DNA from: the human T2T-CHM13v2.0 reference genome, Homo sapiens | Assembly (NCBI RefSeq): GCF_009914755.1 | Contig: NC_060939.1 | Strand: one strand, 5' to 3' | Length of the DNA: 64,000 bases | In this document: positions 56,801-64,000 of the stretch, one piece after another | How the letters are laid out: each line of letters starts with the position of its first letter | Position numbering within the stretch: position 1 is the stretch's first letter | Notes under the pieces: model-generated | What the model saw: only the letters and a program-made list of their open reading frames with translations | What the model was told of the DNA's origin: nothing | Database searches by the model: none | Made by a program: the position numbers and the translations under genes

Positions 56801-57200
56801 AAAAAAATGACTCACTGATTTTGCTAAAAGTAGCCCATGTAGTTACCAACAGTATTTCAAAACAGTCAAATACCTCCAGAAAAGGAAATACTTTAAAAAG
56901 GTATACATGAAAAGATGCTCAACCACACTAACCATGAGGAATGAAAATTAGAATCATAATGAGATGGTGGGCATGTAAACAGGCATGCCTTCTACAGTGG
57001 CATTTTTGGCACCAGCTAACATAATAAAAAGACCGCCGCTCCTTTTGATTCCAAAATTCCACCTCTAGGAATGCATCTTAGAGTTACATCTGCACATTTT
57101 TTGGATTAGTCTCTATTTCATTTATTTTTTTACATTGATAAAGAAAAATTGTATATATTTATCATGTCCAACATGTTGTTTTGAAATATGTATACACTGA

Positions 57201-57545
57201 GGCTGGGTGCAGTGGCTCATGCCTGCAATCCCACCACTTTGGGAGGCTGAGGCAGGTGAATCACTTGAGCCTAGGAGTTTGAGACCAGCCTGGGCAACAA
57301 GGTGAAACCCCATCTCTACAAAAAATGCAAAACATTAGCTGGGCATGGTGGTGCATGCCTACAGTCCCAGCTACTCAGGAGGCTGAGGTGGCAGGATCAC
57401 TTGAACCCAGGAGGTCAAGGCTGCAGTGAGCTGTGATCGTGCCACTGCACTTCAGCCTGGGTGACGGAGCTTCGAGATCCTGTCTCAAAATAAAATAAAA
57501 CATAAAATAAAGTAAAATTAAATTAAAATAAAACAAAATTAAATA
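57201..57545 (+). mobile_element. AluJ-like element within L1 fragments
   Basis: Dimer with AT-rich tail. Confidence 0.88.
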
Positions 57546-57633
57546 TGCATTCAATGTGAAATGGCTAAATTGACAATGCAATTAGCATATGCATTACTTC
57601 ACATACTTGTTTTGTTGTGGTAAGAACACTTAA

Positions 57634-57945
<312 letters not shown>

Positions 57946-60279
57946 AGCAATTTCTTTTTTTTTTTAAGCTCCTCCCTTTTCAGCAATTTTCAAGATATAT
58001 TTGCACGTTATCGTGCCAACTGTATACACTTGCACCGTACATGCTAAACTGTGTAAATCCACTGTGGCACTGTTTGTAACGGCAAAAGATTAGGAACAGC
58101 CTGAATGTCACCCACCAAAAGGATGGCACCTATTAATTCTGGTCTATCTATATGATGGACTGCGGGAGGCAGCTCCGAAGTACAGACATGGACAAGCTCC
58201 AAGATTTACTATAAGTGGGAAAATCAAGACACAGGGCAGTGGAGCGAATCCCGCCAGGGCTCCACGTGAGTGGGCGGGTGAGCTGGGAGAAGCCCCAGGG
58301 TCTGCAGGCAGGGTCTGCTCTGGGAGAGGAACTGGAGGATATGGGTGGTACAGACATTCTTCACTATCTTTTTGTAGCCTTTTGTCCCAAGCACATACAC
58401 ACCTACCCACCGCAGGGTGCTTCAGAAAGGTGAAACGCTGCATACATGGTCTGATTTGTGCTTTGCATCTCGATTTGGATTCCAACAGGAGGCAATTTTG
58501 AGAAAGAGACTAAGATTACAGGTGAATGGAGGTTTCTTGAGGAAACTGCATCAGGGCATGTGTGAGAAATATCCCTAGATACAAGAAAGAGGATTACGGC
58601 AAAAAGAATTGGAGGAGTGCCAGAAGCCGGGCCCCTCAGCCACACCCGGGAACACTGCTCCCGGGTCATTCTCTTCAGCAGGTTTCCCACCTCCAGCCCT
58701 TGTCTGCACTCTCGTGGCTTTCCATAGCTCTACGGTCAGGCCCAAATACTTCACGCACCCTCACCGCCCCTGCTTTGGATTTCTGGAAGAGCAAGGCCCT
58801 TGTCTGAGTCCCAGGACTCGGCCATCCTCTGCCCTCCCCTGGGAAATGCTGAGCGCTTGGCCGAGAGGGCCCTCTGAGCTGGGTCCGTCTATTCTGGGAC
58901 CACCCCAGTTCTATAAAATGAATCATGACCGCCCCTATCACCAGTTATTAATCATGATCCATGTTAAATGGTTTACACATGTTATCTTCAAAACAACCCT
59001 GGGAAGGAAAATTCCCTCACTTTATAAAAGCGTAAAGAGGCTCACAGGGCCCCATGCTGGGATTCAAGCTCAGGTCAGCCTCCTCCAGGGCCCACAGGAG
59101 TGTGCCTGCATCTCCCCACCTCCCTCTGTCTTTCTAAGGAAAATACAGATGCTCCCTGAAAGCCTTGTTATTTTCAGCGTTTCCCCAACCACAGGCTTGT
59201 TTGGATGGTCGAGATGCCTGCCTGCCTGCCGGGCACAGGTACATGAAACCTGAATTCAAGCCACACGTGTATCCTGGGGAGGACCTTTTGCTGTTTCCCT
59301 CTCACTCTGAGCTTCATAGATAACAGGAACGGCTGATATCTATGGAGCACTTAGGTATGAACACAGATCATTCAGATTCTCGTAAGATCCCACTGTACGA
59401 GAGAAAGTACCTTCCCCTGTTTTAGAGCAGGGGAAAATGAAGCTCAAAGAGGTGAAGTAACTCGCCCAGGTTGCCCAGCTGGCAAGGGAAAGAGCCAGGG
59501 ACAGGGAGAAACGTGCCCGGCCAGTGTTTCTCGGCATGGATTGCCACTGCCTCTCTTCCACCTAGAATCCTGCATTTATAATCTTTCCCTCCCACCTTCT
59601 AGGCTGGGGGTTCCCCACTGGTGCACAGTGATTAGGAGGGAGAGAAGCTTTACCACCTCTAGCAACAGGGATTGAGGCTGTGTAACAGGAATGTCCCCAT
59701 AAAACCAGGGAAGGTTATTAAACGTTTCAAAGTGTACCTGAAAACTTAAAAAAATTCCTTCTTTATTTTCATTAGGGGTTCCTAAAAATCCTAGCTTCCG
59801 AAGTAGGCTAGGCGGGGGTGCTCCTGCAAGCAGTGAGACACAGACAGAGGACCCAGCATCAGGCCTCACGCCCTCCCTGTCAGACGCCCATGAGGCCAAC
59901 AGGGTCACTTGGTGACTCCTGCGGGACAGTCACCTCTGCTTCCTTCCAAAGCCCTGCCCTGGAAGGAGGCTGGTTAGTCACAGAGCCTGCCCCACCCCAT
60001 CGTCTCTCTCACTCAAGTTCTCCCCTCTGTTCTCTGAGAGGGCAGCCTTCACCCTCGGGCATACAGAGATGCAGGACAAAGCCCAGGTTGGTTTCGGTAG
60101 GTTCTCCAAGTTTGCCAGCCCCTTCTTTCACTTGTTTTGGGGATGGCAGGGTATGTAGGAGGGACAGGCTCAGGCTCAGGAGTGGTGGCTCAGCCCTAAC
60201 CCAGATTCCTCAAAATGGGGCCCCCTGTATCAGAACCCTCTGGACCCTGCCCAGATGCCCCTGAACCATGTGCCAGGAA

Positions 60280-60580
60280 GTTTTTTTTTTTTTTTCAAAT
60301 AAATAAATGGAGTTTTGCTCTGTTACCCAGGCTGGAGTACAGTGGCACAATTATAGCTCACTGCAGCCTCAAACTACTGGGCTCAAGGTTCTCTTGCCTC
60401 GGCCTCCCAAGGAGATAGGACTACGAGAACACACCACCACACCCAACTAATTTATTTTATTTTTTGTGGAGACTGGGTCTCTCTATGCTGCCCAGGCTGG
60501 TCTGGAACTCCTGCCCTCAAGTGATCCTCTCGACTCAGCCTCAAGTTCTAGGACTACAAGTGTGAGCCCCTCTGCCTGGC
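60280..60580 (-). mobile_element. AluJ-like element
   Basis: Diverged dimer. Confidence 0.8.
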
Positions 60581-61704
60581 TGAAGCAGCATTTTAACAGC
60601 TCCCCAGGTGATAACTGTCTGTGGACCCTGGGGCTCACCGTGCTAGTCTTCCGAGCATCATTTGCAGCCGTGTGGACTCCAGAGCAGGAGGGGGCAGCAG
60701 GGAAAGGCTGGCCTAGAACATATATGCCACATGTATGACAGAGAAGGAAAGGACAGCAATTGCACGGCCGAAGGAAAGAGAAAAACCAGCAACCAAACAC
60801 GCCCAGAGAACTGAGTGGCAGGCCCAGGGCTGTTCTTGCCCAGTACAGGAAGACCCGGACATTCCTAATAATTCTAGGTAATCAACAGAAGATTGAAAAA
60901 GACAATCCTTCAGTGGCTTCCTGGTACTCTCAGAGAAAAATCTATGCACTTCCCCAGGGCCTACAGCTCACAGCAGGTGGCGGGGGGGCCTCCTGATCTC
61001 ATCACCCACCACTTCCTGGCTGCTCCCTAGCCTCTGCCTTCCCCGAATCTGCCAGGTCTCACCTACTCTCTGCCTTTGCCAATGCAGCTCCTCCTGCTGA
61101 AGAGCTCTTCCCCCAACTCTCTGCCAGGCAAACCCTCCATTCTTTACGTCCAGCCTAAATGCCACCTCCTCAGAGAGCCCTCCCTGACTGCCCACCCCTT
61201 GCTGTGGGACACGTCTTTGTTTCAATTGCATTTGTTTTGTGTTTTGGCTCCTCTATCTCCCCTAGTATATGCTTCATGAAGGCAGCCATGAGGTCTCACT
61301 GTTGCTGTGAAACCTAAGGCACCTGGCACCTGACACATAGTAGGTGCTTAAGAAATTGACCAGGGGGCACAGCAGAGTGGGGTGCACAGCAGACATTCAA
61401 CATAAGAAAACCTCTTTCCCCTTTCCACTATCCTAGGAGTGAGAATGCAGGGTAGTGTGTACTCTTTTCCAAGCAAAATTATCATCAAAAATTGCTAAAG
61501 GAAAAAAATAGGAGATTTGATGTTGCTGGGGGAAAGCATCAATTACATTTTCTCATGGGGTTTGCTGCCTTCTCCGTGTGTGTGACTGGCAGCTGTATTT
61601 TGCCCTGGTTTGCATCCACGCCTCTTGTGGTTAACAGCATGCACTCTGGAACCAGACTGCCTGGTTTCAATCCCACTCAACCACTTATTGGCTATTTTGG
61701 TCAT

Positions 61705-62262
61705 CAGCCACCTTAAAATGTAGTGGCTTAAACAATAACTTCTATTTTCTCTGGAGGTTCTGTGGGTTGACTGGGCTCAGTTGGGTTCTCGCTTGGGGTC
61801 TGTCAGAAGGTGATAGTCAGACAGTGGTTGGGGCTGGAGTTACCTGACAGCTCAACTGAGCTGGTTCTGTGATGGCCCCTTTACTCACATCTCAGCTGGA
61901 CCAGCCAAGGAGGCTGCCTGGGCCTCTTGGCCTCTCCTTGTGACTAGCTTGGGCTTCCCTCACAGAATGGCCGTCTCAGTCACAGTATGACAACTATTAA
62001 GAGTAGTTGGACTTTTTAGATGGCATTCGGCTTTCCACAGAATGAACACTTGTAGAGATTTAGGTGGAACCTGCAGGGCTTCTTATGACCTAGCCTTAGG
62101 AAATCATGAAGTATCACTTTTGCAGAATTCTACTGATCAAAAGTGAGTCAGAAGGTCAATCCAGACTCATGAAGAGAAGACTCCCAAGGCACGAATGCTG
62201 GGAGGCACAGGTCTTGGCGTGGTGGTGGGAGGAGGCAGTATCTTTGAAGACAAGCTACCATA
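61705..62262. mobile_element. MLT1-type MaLR LTR inserted in a MIR (MIR parts ~61625-61695 and ~62270-62430)
   Basis: TAGTGGCTTAAACAATAAC and TTATGACCTAGCC MLT motifs; flanks join as MIR core. Confidence 0.6.
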
Positions 62263-62709
62263 CTTGCTACATGATTGTCAGCAAATTTCTTAAGCTCTCT
62301 GTGCCTCAGTCTTCTCTTCTATAAAATGGGATAATTGCTCCTACCTCACAGAGCTTTTGTGAGGAGCAAATGAGTTAATAATATGTGGAAAGCACTTAAC
62401 AATGCACTATGAGAGTATTAGCTATTATTATTATTACTCAAAAGAGTAAGGAGCAAATGTTTTTCTCTGATTAATCTCTGTATCCCAATGTCTGAGATAT
62501 CCCGTGAAATGTTTTATATCATAAACATAAATATGAAATGCTCTATATGCAAAGTAAGTGAAGTGTCCTTCTCCCCATCAAATAAAATTTTTTGTTTTTC
62601 ATCTAAAAGTCAAGGTTTCAAGTTTAGATAAAAACAGTCATTTCTCACAATCAATAATGCATTTGATGTATTAACAAAAACTCAAACTAGCTGCCGGGGC
62701 TGGCGAACG

Positions 62710-62860
62710 CTGTTGTGAGTCACAGTGGCGATATGCTCACATCAGGGCCGGAAGCAGTAACACTTGTGGTGTGGAATTTCCCGTGGCACCAGCGGAAAAG
62801 GAGTCTGGATGCGTTTGTCAAAACTTCCCCGAAACAAAAAGAAATCAGGATTTCCTGCTA
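62710..62860. promoter_or_regulatory. Candidate inflammatory enhancer motif cluster
   Basis: AP-1, ETS, RUNX, NF-kB and GAS consensus sites within ~150 bp. Confidence 0.55.
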
Positions 62861-63829
62861 GAGGCCCAAGTGGCTAGTGATGTCCAGGACCTCACAACCC
62901 AACCTCAGACTGGCCTTAGCCCTGGCTGGAAAACAGGATCTGCCAACAAATCATCAGGGCTGGGCCCCAGCCTCCAGGGATGGACACTTTTCTGTCACTG
63001 CCAAATCCAGACAAAGCTCAGAGTCAGGTCACTGAATGCAAACTCTAAATAAAAAAATGGCTTCATGATCCACGCCTGTGGCTGCATGTTCTATTCTACA
63101 GAATTCTCCACCACGTCCTCCCATACCTCCTACCCCTCAGTATTCCATGTGGCCTTCAGGACAAATTCGAGTCTCCTGCCACATGCGCCCACCTGCCATG
63201 GACCCATGTTCCAGCCACATGCACAGCTTCCGTTCCTCCAAGGGCCCTGAGCTCACATATCTCTCTCTGTTCTTTCATACACTCTTTCTGTTGTCTAGAA
63301 GAGATATCAACAGGAAGGGCAGCCACAGTTCTCTCTCCCTCGACTCGGTGCTAGGCAGAGGCTGTGGTAAGAGTGTCATGTCTTCGTCTCAGTTTGTCTG
63401 CATGCTGGCCTACAGCGCCCTGCCTTGGCTGGCTAGAGAGCTCACCCATCTCTCCAGCCAGGCTCTGATCAACAGCCTTTCAGAAGGATAGACACATAGA
63501 GCAATGGAAGGGAACTGAGGGTTCTTGGTCTTTTAGGAAAAAAGACTCATTTCTTTTTTGCATATGTGTGTGTTTTCCTCTCAAATCCTTCTTGTTACCA
63601 AAGCCTGAGAGGGGAAGTCATTCTTATCTGGACATCTCTAAGTGTTCTCTCTCCTTTCCCGAGCAAGCTTCAAAATCCGGTCTTTTGTCTTCAAAGTTCA
63701 AAAGTGGATGCATTTGTACTTCCCTGATTGTGGTCTGCTGGTGCCTTTTTCATTTTTTTCTGCACCCCTCTTAGTCACAGCTTGGATGTCCAGGCCCCAT
63801 TTCCTAGCTCTGTCGATTCTTTTGAGATA

Positions 63830-64000
63830 TGGGTTGAGTAAACCTTATCCGAAAAGGTTGGGACTGGAAGTGTTTTGGATTTCAGATTTTCTGATTGGGG
63901 AATATCTGCACATACATATATAATGAGAGATCTTGGGAAAGGGACCCAAGCCTAAACACTAAATTCATTTATGTTTCATAGACACCATACACAGATGGCC
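63830..64000 (+). mobile_element. Tigger4/Zombi-like DNA transposon fragment
   Basis: GGTTGAGTA..CCTTATCCGAAA terminus and GGGACCCAAG..TAAACAC..AAATTCATTTATGTTTCAT. Confidence 0.65.

Noticed and set aside
58609-59253. 214-aa plus-strand ORF in the EHD4 intron
   Set aside because: No recognisable domain, partly MIR-like, no exon support.

Overview
Human (hominid) genomic DNA recognisable from its spliced proteins as the SPTBN5-EHD4 locus (15q15.1 by recollection). Both genes lie on the minus strand. From 251 to 19455 there are 23 coding exons of SPTBN5 (beta-V spectrin: tandem CH actin-binding domain plus spectrin repeats, 1563 codons in the window, continuing off the left edge). All were placed by hand with GT-AG boundaries and consistent phases. 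From 26603 to 45594 lie the last three coding exons of EHD4 (dynamin-like ATPase with EH domain), followed by a long 3'UTR. The right-hand 18 kb is EHD4 intron. The remainder is Alu/FLAM, L1, L2, MIR, MLT, an ERV1-type LTR, DNA transposon relics and microsatellites; repeat boundaries are approximate. Nearly all ORF-track entries are non-genic. I found no new gene system. The most unusual signals are: (1) a 74-bp tandem duplication in the SPTBN5 5' leader whose two splice donors switch an upstream ATG between a short uORF and an in-frame N-terminal extension; (2) several templated insertions within EHD4, namely a 242-bp inverted copy pasted into an Alu, a 64-bp doublet, a 28-bp doublet with a 13-bp target duplication, and a 36-bp inverted insertion in an L1; (3) a compact AP-1/ETS/RUNX/NF-kB/GAS motif cluster in the EHD4 intron.
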